Source: Chiloscyllium plagiosum (lineage: Eukaryota). From it: 64,000 bases of DNA. Under the pieces are notes generated by a model. The model ran no database searches and had not been told where the DNA came from. It saw only the letters and a list, made by a program, of their open reading frames with translations. The stretch covers positions 51,077,967 to 51,141,966 of the forward strand of contig NC_057719.1 in NCBI RefSeq assembly GCF_004010195.1, in the 5' to 3' direction. Below, piece by piece: positions 24,483 through 38,179 of the stretch; position 1 is the first letter of the stretch, and every line of letters starts with the position of its first letter. Both the position numbers and the translations under genes were made by a program.

Positions 24483-27117
24483 TTCAGTTCTGAAGGTAGA
24501 GAAAAGATTTCCTTCTGTTTTATTTGGAGAGGAAAAGGCTAAGAGGAGATCTGATCATAGGTTTCAAAAATAGGAGGCAGATGAACAGAATGGATATGGA
24601 GAAACTGTTCCCACTCATTGAAAGGATCAAGAATAAGAGGTCACAAACATAATGAAATTTGCAAAAGAAACAAATGAAATGCAAGAAAAATCTTTTTCTA
24701 CAATGAGTAGTTAGTGTCTTGAATGTATTGCCTGGAAGACTAGTGGAGACAGGTTCAATTGAGGCACATAAGAAAGCATTAGATGATTCGTAAATGAAAA
24801 CAATCTTGAACTTATGGGGAAATGGCAGGAGATTGGCAGTGAGTCATAATCCTTATTCATGGTATGCCAAATGGCTTCTTTCTGCACCATAATAACTCTA
24901 TGGTTCTGTGAACACTAACATGTGGGCTGTAGTCAGCTTAATGACGAGCTATCGTGTGTCTGAAATAATTTTAAAAGAAAACAAAATCATTGAATCTGTT
25001 GCATATTCTGGTTTCATTCAGCATTTCCTTGGAGGCAGAGATAAATAAAATCTGTTAGATAATTAATTGCCAGTGATGTTGCATGGTGCTTGTTCTTTGC
25101 AATGAGGCCATATCTTTGGAGTCATTCAGTAAATGCAGAGTAGGAGGGGCTGTACACAGTCAGCCCATGCTGAGCTTGTCAAAAGTCCTGAACAGATGGC
25201 AGCATAAATGAGGACCTTATATTGTGACAAGAAGCCCTTATTCTCACTGCCTCCTGGACTACTACTCCACTTGGAACTGCCATTTTTCAATATAATGGGA
25301 CAGACATGTTTAAATGCAGGCTCTTCAGCCTGAGGTACACTTTTTAATGATGTAGTTTCTGACAAAGTGTGTATATGCTTTCAAAATCACAGTCAACTCA
25401 GTAGTTTCAGTGAAGTGCTTATGGGAACAGTTGACTCTCGATCGAAAGGTGAATGTATTAGAGTGAGTAATTCTGGAGACATGAGTTTTGCATTTTGGAG
25501 GATAACATTGGAGATTAGAGCTCAGATCCAACTAGAATAAAAAGTGGAATATTTTTAATTTATTTGAAGAATGTGCTAATTCTATGAGAATGACAGCGCT
25601 GGAAGACCGAGGCCATAATAGTGAAGAGATCAATGTAGAGGGCAGGCAGAAATTTTAAAAACACTATAAGGAAACAAAAAATAAGGTTAGGCTTGGGATT
25701 TGTGCAAATGCTGGAACTACAACTGATAGTAGGAGAAGCAACAATGATAATGCGAGCATGAAGTTCTAGAGACAGTATTTTGCGGGTAGATCGGAGACTG
25801 GGTGGATCTTATGGCCACTTCATGGCTGTGTCACTGATCTTGTTCCAAATCTTGGACCAACAGAATTTGCAAACTGTTGGCACTTGTGTCTTTCAGAGCA
25901 AAGGTGGGGTGCCTGCTCAGCTTGGGGTGGAGGAGGGGAAAGATACTCACTGCAGTATAGTTTATGTTGGCCAGCCACTTTTAGAAAGGTCAGATTTTGA
26001 AATTGATGTTTTCTCTACTGCGATCAATATCACTGTCATCAACTGGTGCAAGAAAAATCGTTGACTTAAATTGCAAGCCTACTGAAGTTCTTAACTTCCA
26101 AAGCGTTGATGTTCCTCGTGGCCAGATATGAGATATACCTGAGAACTCTCAAGGAAATGAGAAACAAATTTCACCAAGCTGTAGTTGATGCTTTCAGATT
26201 TCTTTAAATGCATGATTGGGAGCTGCAGATTAAAGTGGGTGAGGCATGAAGAAGGAGACTCTGATTTAACCTGCATGGGAAAATGCTCAAATATAACAGG
26301 AAATGCTAAGTATGCCCAGCCAAATTATATAGATATAAACTGTTGTAGCAATAACTGGGATGCAAATGAATTTTTACAATTCTGATACAAATTAATTTGA
26401 TATTAACTCACATACTCATAGCTCAAAATCAATTTGTATGGAGTTTTTTTTCAAGGAAGGGGAGATTTTTAAGTTTGATTTTAATGTGTCAGAATGTAGC
26501 CAGAATGAGGGGTGTGCTTGTCTGGAGTGGCAGCAGCAAGTCCAGTCAATATTTAATGGCTAGGTCCAATTAGCATGTAGCTAGGTGACTGCCTGATCCA
26601 AACACCCAGAAGGAAACTGGGATTGATTTGATGGAATTATTTCTGTTTGACCCATATTTTCTACAGTCACTTTGCTTAGAGAATATTCTGACATCACAAA
26701 ATACTTCCAAGACAAATGATGTTGTTTTCAGCATTTCTAAATCAATCTCAATTGATTGACATCCTAAGTTTTTCTATTAAAAAATGAACAAATTATTTTC
26801 ATTGTATGTCAGTATTTGTGAAAGGTGAAATTGTTATTACAACAAGTTCTTTTGGGCAATGAAATGCGGCAATTTACACTCCAGCAAAATATGCAATAAC
26901 TTTCGGGGTGCCGGTTATGATGTCATCACCATCTCATGGCATGTTGTCTAATCGTATAAAGTTCTCAGAATCCATCTCCCTGTTTTCTCTCTGTGTTGAG
27001 AGAACACTGTTACAGTACATCTGAATTCCTTAGCTTGAGCCAGGCACACAAGCCAATGAGAGTGTAGTGTACATGTATAGATGCTGGGTGCTGTAATAAG
27101 TGTTCATTTAATTCTTC

Positions 27118-27472
27118 AGTAGAATCTCTACAGTATGGAAGCAGGCAATTTAGCCCATTGAGTCCATATCAACTCTCCAAAGAGCATCCCACCCAGACCC
27201 AGCCCCCTACCCTAAACCTGTAACCCTGCATTTCCCATGGCTCATCCACTTAGCCTACACATCCCTAGAGACTATGGGCAATTTAGCATGGCCAACTCAT
27301 CTAACCTACACAACTTTGGACTGTGGGAGGAAACCAGAGCATCCTAAGGAAACTTACACAGACACAGGGAGAATGTGCAAATGCCACACAGACAGTTGCT
27401 TGAGGCTGGAATCGAACCTGAGTGCCTGGCACTGTGAGGTAAAAGTGCTAACCACTGAGCCACCATGATGCC
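27118..27472 (-). mobile_element. HE1-type SINE
   Basis: Colinear with 3017-3358 and 40951-41250. Confidence 0.87.
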
Positions 27473-27899
27473 CTGCAGGCAAGCATGACTCACATCTCAC
27501 TTATTTGCTATGGAAGTTAACATAAGCATTACATCATGATATTTGCTATCACATTGTATCAGCTCAAGTGAGAGCATAGAGGTTCCATGCTGGCTCTGTG
27601 GCAGATCAGGTGCATGGAGAGGACACACCGTAAAGAGTCACCCCAGGGAATTAGATCAGGTCCATAAAAGGGAGAACAGTGAAAAGGTTCTCTTGGATAT
27701 TGGGGACAACAGAGGTTACAGGGAGAGAAAGCATCCAGGTAGTACAAGATACAGGGCCACTGTTGTCCATAAGAGGAAGGAGCAAGGTTTCTAAACATAA
27801 TTGAGAAGTCACCTAAAGCACAAGGAAGGCAGCAGCTGGCAAAGATAACACACCTCTTGGATTTCAGGTTCAGTGGTAAGGAGGAGAAACATTCTCCAT

Positions 27900-29000
27900 A
27901 GGAAGTTCACAACCATGGGCATTAGGAAAGGCCTGAGGGGCAGGAAGCAATGGATGCAATACCCTCAGCATTAGATCTGTCTTCAGATGACTGAGAACCA
28001 GTACTATAAGGGACTATCCAGGTAGATGATCACAGACATCTGTGCTCTCATTGCAGATGACCTTGCATCTCACAGCATCCAACAAGTTTGAGTCATCAAC
28101 AACAAATCTACTCACCAACAATGACTGTGCTTGCTTTCCTGTTTCCTGCTGTGGCCTAACATGTTCTGGCTGCAAGGAACTGTAATGGAGAGGAAGAAGA
28201 ATTATCTTCATGTTCTGCACAAACCCATTTCCCAGTGCTGTGTTACGCATGTTTCCTGTACACACAATTCTTGATGCACAGTTAGAGACATTGTTGTTCT
28301 GTTATCTGGATGCAATGGTCTCATCATTTGCCATTGAGCATTCATCCTCATTCCTGACTGGGTCACCCAATTTTTCCTTTGCAGGTGTCAATATGTATTA
28401 GTCAAGGACACTGCCCCAGTCTTTAGTATCACAGAGAAGTCTATGTCTGTTGGCCTGCAGACAAATAGAATGCTAAGTATCATCTCATTGGGAAGATAAT
28501 CCCTTTATAGACATGTTCCCTGTAATAGCTAATGTTCACACATACACACACACACACCCTGTCAGATCTAGATGCCTCCTGCTGCTCTCACTGGGAAACA
28601 TGATCTCCTGCTATTCCCAGATTATACCCAGATGGCCTGCATGGAGACATTACGCAAAAGCAGCAGGTATTTGCAGTTGCAATTTTCTCAGGGGTTTGAG
28701 GGAGCCAGGTGTTTGGAGCTGGGAAATAAGATCAGTAATTCGCAGCAGCAGTTGAACTTTCAAAATGCCCACTCACACAATGGGACTGAAGCTGCTGGAT
28801 TACAGGGTGTGTATGCCAGTTCGTATGCCCTTCTATTAGGGCACCTGGACTACCAGTCCTGTGAGGTAACACTGCAGCCATTAACCATTTGCCTGCTGCA
28901 TGATTGACTGGGCACCTTGGTTCTGAATATCTGGTAGATTATTGTGTGCGGCAAATCATCTTGCCTTCAAAGGAAAGCCCCATGCACTTCCAGTCTCTCT
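27900..29000 (+). mobile_element. Possible decayed Harbinger (HARBI1-like) transposase
   Basis: LQMTENQY..GLSR*MITDICALIADDL at about 27980-28065 resembles the transposase N-terminus; the rest is too decayed to read. Confidence 0.4.
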
Positions 29001-29569
29001 CCATCAGGACATTTGACGCATTTAGAAAGTTCTGCTGTATTTCTGTCAGGGCCACTGGGTTCGGAATGAGAATGTTCAATAATTTTCCCCTCCCCCACAC
29101 TCAAGGGCGTGATACTAATTATAGCAACATTCTGAAAAGTGCCCCACATATTGGGGATCAAACCTGAGATCTCCCTGGTCATTATGGCTCAGCCACTCAA
29201 AGTCTCAACCAACCAATCACCTGCTAGCATTTTTCAGCCAAGAAGAAAATAACTACTGCCGATGTCCTTCTAAATGGATGTGGTTTTGCTGTCTAAGGAT
29301 TTTTGATAAACCTCTTGCCAAAGCAAACTTATAAAAGGTGGATTCCTGTTGCAGGTCAGTTCCGATGTCAGGAAACCATAGTTTTAAAGTTAGGGCCCAC
29401 CATTTCCAGGCCAGAGGTTTCTGTGAATTTGGAATTGGCTCTCTCAGAAAATGCAGGGAGAGCAGTCATAAAATATTTTCTTTTCAGAGAGAGATGCAGA
29501 TGGATTCTTTGGAGAATCAATGGTGACTGGGGCGAGGAAGAAATATGCAACCAGAGTACTGCATACAGT

Positions 29570-30085
29570 TCTGATTGCCCTGCTATAGGAAGGATATTAT
29601 TAAACTGGAAAGGGTGCGGCAGAGATTAACATGTATGTTACTGGGAACTGGAAGGTTTGAGTTATAAGGAGAGGCTGGATAGGCAAGGAGTTTTTTTTTC
29701 CTCTCGATTGTAGAAGTGACCTGTTAGAGTTTTATAAAATCACGAGGGGCAGAGATAAGGTAAAGAGCAAAGGTCTTTTCCCCAGGTATGTGTGTCCAAA
29801 ATTAGGTTTAAGGTGAGAGGGGAAAGAATTAAAAGGTACTTGAGGGGTAACGTTTTCATACAGAGGATGATGAATACAAGGAACAAGCTGCCTGAGAAAG
29901 TGATAGAAGCAGGTACAATTATAACATTTAAAAAACCTTTAGACAGGTGCATGAATAGAAAAAGTCTAGTGGGAAATGGGTCAAATGTAAGTAGAAGGGA
30001 CTAGTTTCATTTGGGAAACCTGATCAGCATGGAAAAGTTGGGCCGAAGGGTCTGTTTCCCTACTGTATGACTCTGAATCTGACTC
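29570..30085 (+). mobile_element. CR1-type LINE 3' fragment
   Basis: RFKVRGERIKRYLRGNVFIQR...NKLPEKVIEAGTIITFKKPLD plus tail. Confidence 0.85.
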
Positions 30086-30107
30086 TTATTATAAAGAAAA
30101 TAAATCA

Positions 30108-30228
30108 AAACCATAAATTGCTGGTGAAAATCAGCAGGTCTGACAGCATCTGTGGGGAGAAAGCAGAGTTAACATTTCGAGTCCAGTGACTCTTCATCAG
30201 ATCCCCAGCATTCGCAGTTCTTTGCTTT
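30108..30228 (-). mobile_element. Short Penelope pseudo-LTR insert with hammerhead motif
   Basis: TSD AAGAAAATAAATCA at 30094-30107 and 30229-30242; minus-strand CUGAUGA-A-GAGUC(ACUG)GACUC-GAAAUGUU at 30171-30200. Confidence 0.8.
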
Positions 30229-31389
30229 AAGAAAATAAATCACACTGTCCAGTTGATTGGACCCAGACAACATTAAAGCTGACACATATATCACTGTCCA
30301 GTTTACTTTTTCTGTGCTTTTTTTAAACATTCATTTGAAGCATTTCCAAACTCAAACGTTTTTCAATTCAACGTTTCATAATTTTGTACTTTTGTAGTTA
30401 ATGACTTGCTTGCTCATTAAGTCATTACTTTATTGCTATGTGTCGATGGTGGTCGTGTGGAAACTAATTTGTCTACATAAAGATCACCTGACAAAACAAA
30501 AGCCCTTCAATGCAGACTCCTGGCGTCTGGCTGAGAATGGTTGAGAGGCCCAGCTGTTCGAATAGGCAGCCTCCCAGTTAGCAGAGGATGTCCCTCACCG
30601 TGTCTGGGGGAGGGATTGTTTGCTCTGACCATATGACAGGGAAGAAAATAAGAGGTAACAGATGTCTCTTTCAAGAATGAAAGCCTAGAAAGTGTGAAAA
30701 TACTTTGAACTGACAACACCCGTGACATTTTCTTTGTCAAAACAATTAGCTTTCTAAATATTTCAAAATTGGTAGCTTCTATTACAAGATCATTTTAAAC
30801 CTCATCTTTTATTCCTATGGCTTTCATTTTGTTGACTATAATCAGGTCCAAAATAATTAATATTATAATGGCTAGATGTAAAGTACTATCAGTCAATTTA
30901 TTTGCTGCTTACTAGACCGCACTTTGATGGAATAGAGTGTGTGAGTGTTTGATGTAACTTTACCTCAGAACAGTGGTGCGGAAGGACACACCAGCCCACT
31001 TCCCCAGATGCTTTCACAGGTCAAATTTAATTTGTAAATTTAATTTAATAAGCTTTAATGTAGTGGGTCCAAGCCAGGGCTCAAAAACCATGAGGGGAGG
31101 GTCACCTCTATCCCAATAGATTCATTACAACGGTCAGGAGCTATCTACATTTGAAACCAGGCCCTTAGCTGTTACTTGGAAGTTTTAGAATAGACTAAAG
31201 TAAATGTCACTCCAGCATCACTGAATATGATTGAATTCTTCCATAATCTCATTGCTACTCACCTCAGTAACCTTTATCCTGCTGAGGCCTATAACCGCTG
31301 CACCTGCCTCTTAAACTCTATCTCTAACCTCTTATGCAGTCACCCTGTTCTCTTTACCCTGCTATTCCTTCAATGGCCCAGGATCCATG

Positions 31390-31675
31390 TTAGAACATAG
31401 AAAAATACAGCACAGTACAGGCCCTTTGGCCCTCGCTGTTGCGCCGATCCAAGCCCACCTAACCTACACTAGCCCACTATCCTCCATATGCCTATCCAAT
31501 GCCCGTTTAAATGCCCATAAAGAGGGAGAGTCCACCACTGCTACAGGCAGGGCATTCCATGAGCTCACGACTCGCTGAGTAAAGAGTCTACCCCTAACAT
31601 CTGTCCGATACCTACCACCCCTTAATTTAAAGCTATGCCCCCTCATAATAGCTGACTCCATACGTGGAAAAAGGT
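31390..31675 (-). mobile_element. CR1 LINE 3' fragment (second subfamily)
   Basis: RGHSFKLRGGRYRTDVRGRLFTQRVVSSWNALP. Confidence 0.88.
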
Positions 31676-32097
31676 ATATCCACCAGACTTTCTTTCTGAA
31701 AGCTCACTTACCTGACCAAGTTTTAGATATTCTTCATAATATATTCATTTTTGACATGGCATACATTAGCTTTAGACCATTGAAGCTCCTTGGCTTGCTT
31801 TCCCTTTCGTGAGAATGTGATTTGCTGAAAAAGTAAAGAGAACTCCATCTATCAGAGACATTTGAATAAGGTTTAGGGAAGTCCTCCTATGTCTGTCCAT
31901 TCTGCTATCACAGTTCCAAAGAAGGTTCAAGATTTCCTGTCGGTTCACAACATGGAATTTGAAACTAACTCTCGCATGGTCACTATACTGGCTCAATTGG
32001 CTTTGCTATTATCAATCAGATGGGTACCTTCATTAAAAAGGAAAGAGAAAAAAAGCAAGTGCATGTTTCTAAAACACACACTAAATAGACATACTTA

Positions 32098-32402
32098 AGA
32101 GTCATAGAAATGTACAGCATGGAAACAGACCTTTTGATCCAACATATCCATGCCAACCAGATATTCTAAACTGACCTAGTCCCATTTGCCAGCATTTGGC
32201 CCATATCCCTCTAAACCTCTCCTATTCATGTCCATCCAGATGCCTTTTAAATGTTGTAATTGTACCAGCCTCCACCAGCTTATCTTGCAACTTGTTCCAC
32301 ACACCCACCACGCACTGCATGAAAAAGTTGTCTCCCAGGTCCCTTTTAAATCTATCCCCTCTCACCCTAAACCTATGTCCTCTAGTTTTGGACTCCTCTT
32401 CC
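32098..32402 (-). mobile_element. CR1-type LINE 3' fragment
   Basis: Tail and RT C-terminus match the other copies. Confidence 0.85.
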
Positions 32403-32489
32403 CTGACTCTCTACTGAATAGGTTAAAATGTAGAAAGAGCTATGTCTCAAAATTCTTTCCAATTTCTCTCTCCCTTGTTGAATAAAGGA

Positions 32490-32870
32490 GTTATGTTTGC
32501 TATCTTCTAATCTACTGGGGCCGTGCCAAAACCATGGAAGCTTTGGAACATTAAAACCACTGCATCAACAATCTCACTAGCAACTTCAGTTAATGGCCCA
32601 GGATAAAGTCCATCAGGACTCAGGCACTTAATAAACTGCAATTCAAACAGTTTGCTCAGTACCACTTCTCCAGTGATTGTGATTTTCTTGAGTTCCTCAT
32701 TCTCTTCCATTTCATAGTTTATCGATGCTTTTGGAATGTTACTTGTATCCTCAATGGGAAAAACTGATGCAAAAAAACCTGTTCAATTTTTCTTTATTTT
32801 CCATTATCAATCACTCATTTGCACTTTCTGTAAGGTTAATACTCATTTTGTTAACACTTCCTTTCAAAAA
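32490..32870 (-). mobile_element. Old CR1 LINE internal fragment
   Basis: EELKKITITGEVVLSKL...SPDGLYP..LTEVASEIVDA. Confidence 0.75.
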
Positions 32871-34649
32871 TAGATAGGCTGGAATCTCATGACGGGCTGT
32901 GTGACATGGATGATGGTGAAATTTGTGGCAGAATTAGATGAGAAGCCTGATGAGACTGACCTTGATATCAATAATGTCTCACCCCATATTTTGTGCTTTT
33001 GATGATGGTGAAGTGAGTTTCTCACCAGGCAGTGGCAAGTTGCCATTTAAGGAGGATTAAAGCTTATTCAACTCCTTATTAACAGCACAGCTCACCTTAT
33101 TAATATTTCAATCTTATCTAACACACCATGCAAGCTGGATGTTGAGAAACCTCAACATGGAAGTCACAGCAAGTACTTGGCAGCTTCACCTTGCCACAGG
33201 CTGTGATCAGCCTCCATGTTGCTCAGTATCTCAGTGCATGATACATGGACGCCAGTCTCATGTAAGCCTTATTCACGGCCATTGACATCCAATAGATGCC
33301 AACTCCTCACAACCATCGTGGCACCTCATCTATCCGCTTACAAGTCACTTAGGAAGAACAGATCTGCATTGCAGGTTGAGCCAACAACTAGTATCGAAAG
33401 CAGACTGTAAAAACATTTCACATGCAGGAACATGTGCCCAGCTCGTGGATTAGACCTGGCTACATATCAGGACTATCTGCGTGCTCCCTTAATGCTCACT
33501 CACTCAGCACCTACCAGAATACTCGCAGCATGCCAGTTGGTGCAGACTTGCGACCATTGCTGCTTAGCAGTCCTCAGTCAAGAGATGGACATCTTGCTGT
33601 ACGGCAGTGTGCTACGTCATTGTCACACCTTCACCATGGGCCAACAGTTTACATAGCTAAGACATGGCATTTGCAGCAAACAAACAGCCATGGTTCAAAG
33701 TCTTAGGGGAGTCATATTCACTGAAGTCCATGGAGACACCTATCAATTAGGGAGTCCATCATAGGGTATTAAGAGCAGCTTCCCATTCCAATGCAGGGGA
33801 TTGGCTGTCGGCACGTTTTTGAGTGTTTTGGTGAGGAGGTCCATGCCTCTGCAGTCAGATGATTTGGTCACAGTGGGAGCTTCATTGCAGCAGTATGGTG
33901 GTGGGATAGGACTGACATGGTCAGGGAGACGTGCTGGCATCAGGCAGGGGACTGGGTGTTTCTCATCTGTGGCTGTCCATTTTGCTCATTCAAAGGGGTG
34001 TGCCATGGTCAATCTTTCAGGATCTGTGAAAGGGTGTGGGCAGTATCTGCCCACACCTGGCAAGATGACCTCTGATACCACGGGCTGGGGAAAGCTGGGC
34101 AGGTAAAGGTTCATGTGAACAGCTTGACTGGGGACTGGGAAGGTGTGAAACCCATAGAGTTTCAGGGGATGGGCTACCCTGAAGGGATATGGATGTTTGG
34201 AGCCACACCAGAGACAGAGTTGAGAGTCAACCAGTCAAAGTGTGGTCACTATCACCTTCCAATGTAATAAATATCAAAAGTACACAACAGGAAACAAAAT
34301 GGCAGTGATCACACTCAGAGTGAGTGGAGTAGGTGACTCAATCTGTTTTGGAGAGGACTGCAGGACTCATCAATGTGAGACACTTTAAAGGGAAACATCA
34401 TTTTACACAAATTCATGCATAGTACAGGACACAGACCTATAGGGTCCCAAATCCTTGACCATCCTAATACATTGGGTCCCTGAGGCTGTACACCTCCTGC
34501 CCCAGACATCACTGACCACTGCATTCATATCAACACTTTCCAGTAGAACCCATTGCCCTATATGGGCCTTGTCCATCATGCTTCCACATGCTGCAGCAGG
34601 CTTTCAACACAACCATTGATCCGTGGTACATTCTGCATGAGTATGAAAT

Positions 34650-36330
34650 TAGGCATTATGCCAGAATCACCCAATTCTATCTCCTACCAAAGATTCACAA
34701 ACCTGACTTCTCAGTCGACCCATTGTTTCAGCCTGCGCCTGTCCCACTGTACTTATCTTTGTCTACCTAGATACTGTCTTGACCTCCTTAGTCCAGGAAC
34801 TCCCCACATCCTTCACTTCTTCCAAGATTTTCATTTCCCTGGTCCCCAACGCCTCACCTTCACCATGGACATCCAGTCCCTGTACATATTGATCCGCCAT
34901 GACGAAAGTCTCCAAGACCACTGTTTCTCCCTCTCATGCCGTCCCAACCAGTACCCTTCCATCAACACTCTCATCCGCCTGGCTGAACTGATCCTCATCC
35001 TCAACAATTTCTCCTTCCAATCCTCCCACTTCCTCCAAACCAAAGGTGTAGCCATGGGCAGCTGCATGGGACCCAGCTGTGCCTGCCTGTTTGTTGGTTA
35101 CAGTCCATCTTCCACAGTTACACCAGCACAACCCTCACCTCCTCTGCTACATCGATGACTGTATCAGAGTTACCTCGTGCTCTCACGAGGAGGTTGAGCA
35201 GTTCATCAACTTTAACAACACTTTCCACCCTGAGCTTGGACACCTCCCTCCCCTTCCTGAACTTCTCCATCTCCATCTCCGGCGACCGACTAACCATGGA
35301 CATCTACTACAAGCCCAGCGACTCCAACAGCTACCTAGACTACGCCTACTCCCACCCTACCTTCTGTAAAAATACTATCCCTTATTCCCAATTCCTCTGC
35401 CTCCACTGCATCTGTTCCCAGGTTGACCAATTCCACCTCAGAAAATCCCAGATGACCTCCTTCCAAAATTGCAACTTCCCTTCCCACGTGGTTGATGATG
35501 TCCTCTCTTCCACTTCCCGCACTACCACCCTTGAACCTCACCCCTACCAATGAAACAAGGACAGAACCCTCCTGGTCCTCACCTTCCACCCCACCAACGT
35601 CTGCATACATTGCATTATCCCTCGCCACTTCCAACACCTTATAACCTTATTTCCCTCCCCACCCCATCAGCGTTCCGGAGAGACCGTTCCCTCCGTGACT
35701 CCCTCATCAGGTCTATGATACCCACCAGCCCACACCCCACTCCCGGCACCTTTCCCTGCCAATGGAGGAAGTGCAAAACCTGCGCCCACACCACTCCCCT
35801 CACCTCTGTCCAAGGGGTCCTTCCACATGCAACAGAAATTTATTTGTACTTCTACCAATGTTATCTACTGTATCTGTTGCACTCGGTGTGGTCTCCTCTA
35901 CATTGATGAGACAGGATGCCTTCTTGCAGATCGTTTCAGAGAACATCTCTGGGACACTTGCACCCACCAACCCCACTGCCCCGTGGTTGAACACTTCAAC
36001 TCCCCCTCCCACTCCGTCAAGGACAGGCAGGTTCTGGGACTCCCCCACCACCAAATCATTATCACCCAATGCCTGGAGGAAGAAAGCCTCATATTCCGCC
36101 TTGGGACCCTGCAATCACACAGGATAAATCACACAGGATTTCAACAGTTTCCTCATTTCCCCTCCCCCACAATATCCCAGTCCCAAGCCTCATTCATCTA
36201 CTATCGCTTTCTCAGCTACCTTCCCCCAAACCCCCCACCCTCCCATTTATCTCTCAGACCACTGGCCCACAAGCCTCAGCACCACACTCTCGACTCTGAT
36301 CTCCAGCATCTGCAGTCCTCACTTTCTCCT
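34650..36330 (+). mobile_element. Penelope-like element relic (RT plus GIY-YIG endonuclease), frameshifted
   Basis: YLLPKIHKPD; FTMDIQSLY; QTKGVAMGSCMGPS; YIDDC; LPFLNFSI; YYKPSDSNSYLDY; CKTC; NVIYCICCTRCGLLYIDETG..RFREH. Confidence 0.93.
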
Positions 36331-36499
36331 ATAATGCCAGCACAGTTACATTTGGAGACTCAAATACAGATATAAATGCTAAACAGTGAAATTTAAAATC
36401 ATGAGGCAATTCATGTACATGTACCCATGCAATCAAAGTGCCTCAATATGTTTTCTTCTTTCTCTCCCTCTTATTATGTTTCAGTGTCATCCCTAGTTC

Positions 36500-36585
36500 T
36501 GTGATTAGAGTGGTGCTGGAAAAGCACAGCAGTTCAGGCAGCATCTGAGGAACAGGAAAATTGACGTTTCTGGCCTTCATCAGAA
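36500..36585 (-). mobile_element. Penelope pseudo-LTR fragment; hammerhead core with collapsed stem II
   Basis: Minus strand CTGATGAAGGCCAGAAACGTCAATTTTCCTGTTCC. Confidence 0.75.
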
Positions 36586-37199
36586 AGAGATTTTCTGTGG
36601 TTGGGATGGAGGGAGCCACCGTGGCAGTGAAGATCATTGTCCCTGCAGATTTGGTCAGGTAACTCCAGGGGGCGGTGTTTGAGTCTGCACAAACAGGCTC
36701 AAGCAGGCTGAGGGTCTTCTTGCCAGAGATGAGTGACACTTGCTTGGCTACGATTTCAATGGATTAGAGGGGAGTGAGCAGAGTGGAGGTGGAGCACTTG
36801 GCCACCTCTAGAGTGCCATGAAAGAAGACTTTGAAGGTGTTTGTGCATGGTTTCTCCTCTGATTGTGTACCTCCAACACTGCCCTGTCTTCTTGTCATAG
36901 TACCTGGCATTCAGAATGGGCTCCTGTTTCCTGTTGCCATGCTTTTGGTTCTGAGGACCACCGGCTGGGGTGAAGGAGTGCAGGAATGTGTGCCTGACCA
37001 GCAGCCCTTGAGGGCACTGCTGCAGCTTCTAGGCAGTAAAGGCCACTATTATGAATAATATAATGATAAATAAATGCATTCTCAAATCATGCAGCCATAA
37101 TTAACTTACTCAAGTTGCTGTGAGTTAAGTCATAAATCCACTGAAATAAATATTGTTGCTAATTTGCATTAGGTTCAGGAATAATGCTTTGGACATTGT

Positions 37200-37470
37200 T
37201 ATCACTAGTCATTGAAAATGAAATCAACCAAGGGAAGTCTCAATGTGATTGGCAGTGAAGGAGATACTTTGGAATAGAATGGTATGATCAGTAGTATTCG
37301 AAGCTGTAGAGTAGACTAGAAAGGATTGGAATAAATCATGGTCCATCACAACTGTACTTTCTTTGTGCCTTTGGTAAGAAATGTCCAGGGCTATGGGAGG
37401 GCCAATGACGTGAGAGAATTTTTAAGAACTTTGGAGAGAAAAGGGAGTTTGGAGATGGAACAGTCATATA
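37200..37470 (-). mobile_element. L2 LINE RT fragment
   Basis: Minus strand SISKLPFLSKVLK (variant of the PISNLPFLSKVLE motif). Confidence 0.55.
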
Positions 37471-38179
37471 TTGAAGAACAGAAATCAGAATTATTTAATA
37501 CCAAATTGGTTACTATCATCTCAGAATTAGTTTGTCTCGCATCTTTCTTGGTTCAGAAGTTTCAAAGGTTAGCAGTGGGTCAGCACCGCCTACCGATTTG
37601 TTTTGTCTATATAAACAGGGTGGCCTATCAAGACAGATTCATTTAATTAACAAAACAGGATTAGGCAACAAAATTGTTTTTAAATGGCTGATTAGACAAC
37701 ATTGATTCCTTTATACAAATGGGCCCAACGTGATTTGAATTACGTTAGAATAATTACTGAAACCTATGGGATGTTTCCTGTAATATTGAGTTATTAACTT
37801 GCTCTGTAGAGAATATTCTGGGCAAGCAGAATGAATAAAAATACTTCTGGTTCAAACCACGATGCCTTTCCAGTGTAAATAGCATTTTAACCAATCTGCA
37901 AAGTATTTAGATAAAAAATGTAAAGAAAATAATTTAGCATCATTTTGTTACCCTGGTGTATATTGATTGACAACCAAATGTGATGAAGAAAATCAATCTG
38001 TTCTCAACACAAGGGCTTGATAGATGGAGTGCTATGGAAACCAAAATTAGCATTCACAACTCAGGATGTTCCAAAATATTTCACAGTCAATGAAGTAATT
38101 TTGAAATGTTTGAAGTATATCTATTTGCCCTTTTGTCAGCTGTCCTTATATCCCCTTGTGACATTTCCAATGTCAAACA

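Larger units (their letters stand above)
21605..24910 (+). mobile_element. Old CR1 LINE (endonuclease to 3' end), interrupted at 23219-24482
   Basis: GKDIEEQICKE; DFNYQNIDWD; RSVLAPIFFLLFINNL...EDTKLG; sequence resumes seamlessly after the insert (GAAACTTC|AGTT). Confidence 0.8.

Noticed and set aside
30397..30653. Block bounded by acceptor-like and donor-like sites
   Set aside because: Stops in all plus-strand frames; a non-coding exon cannot be supported from sequence alone
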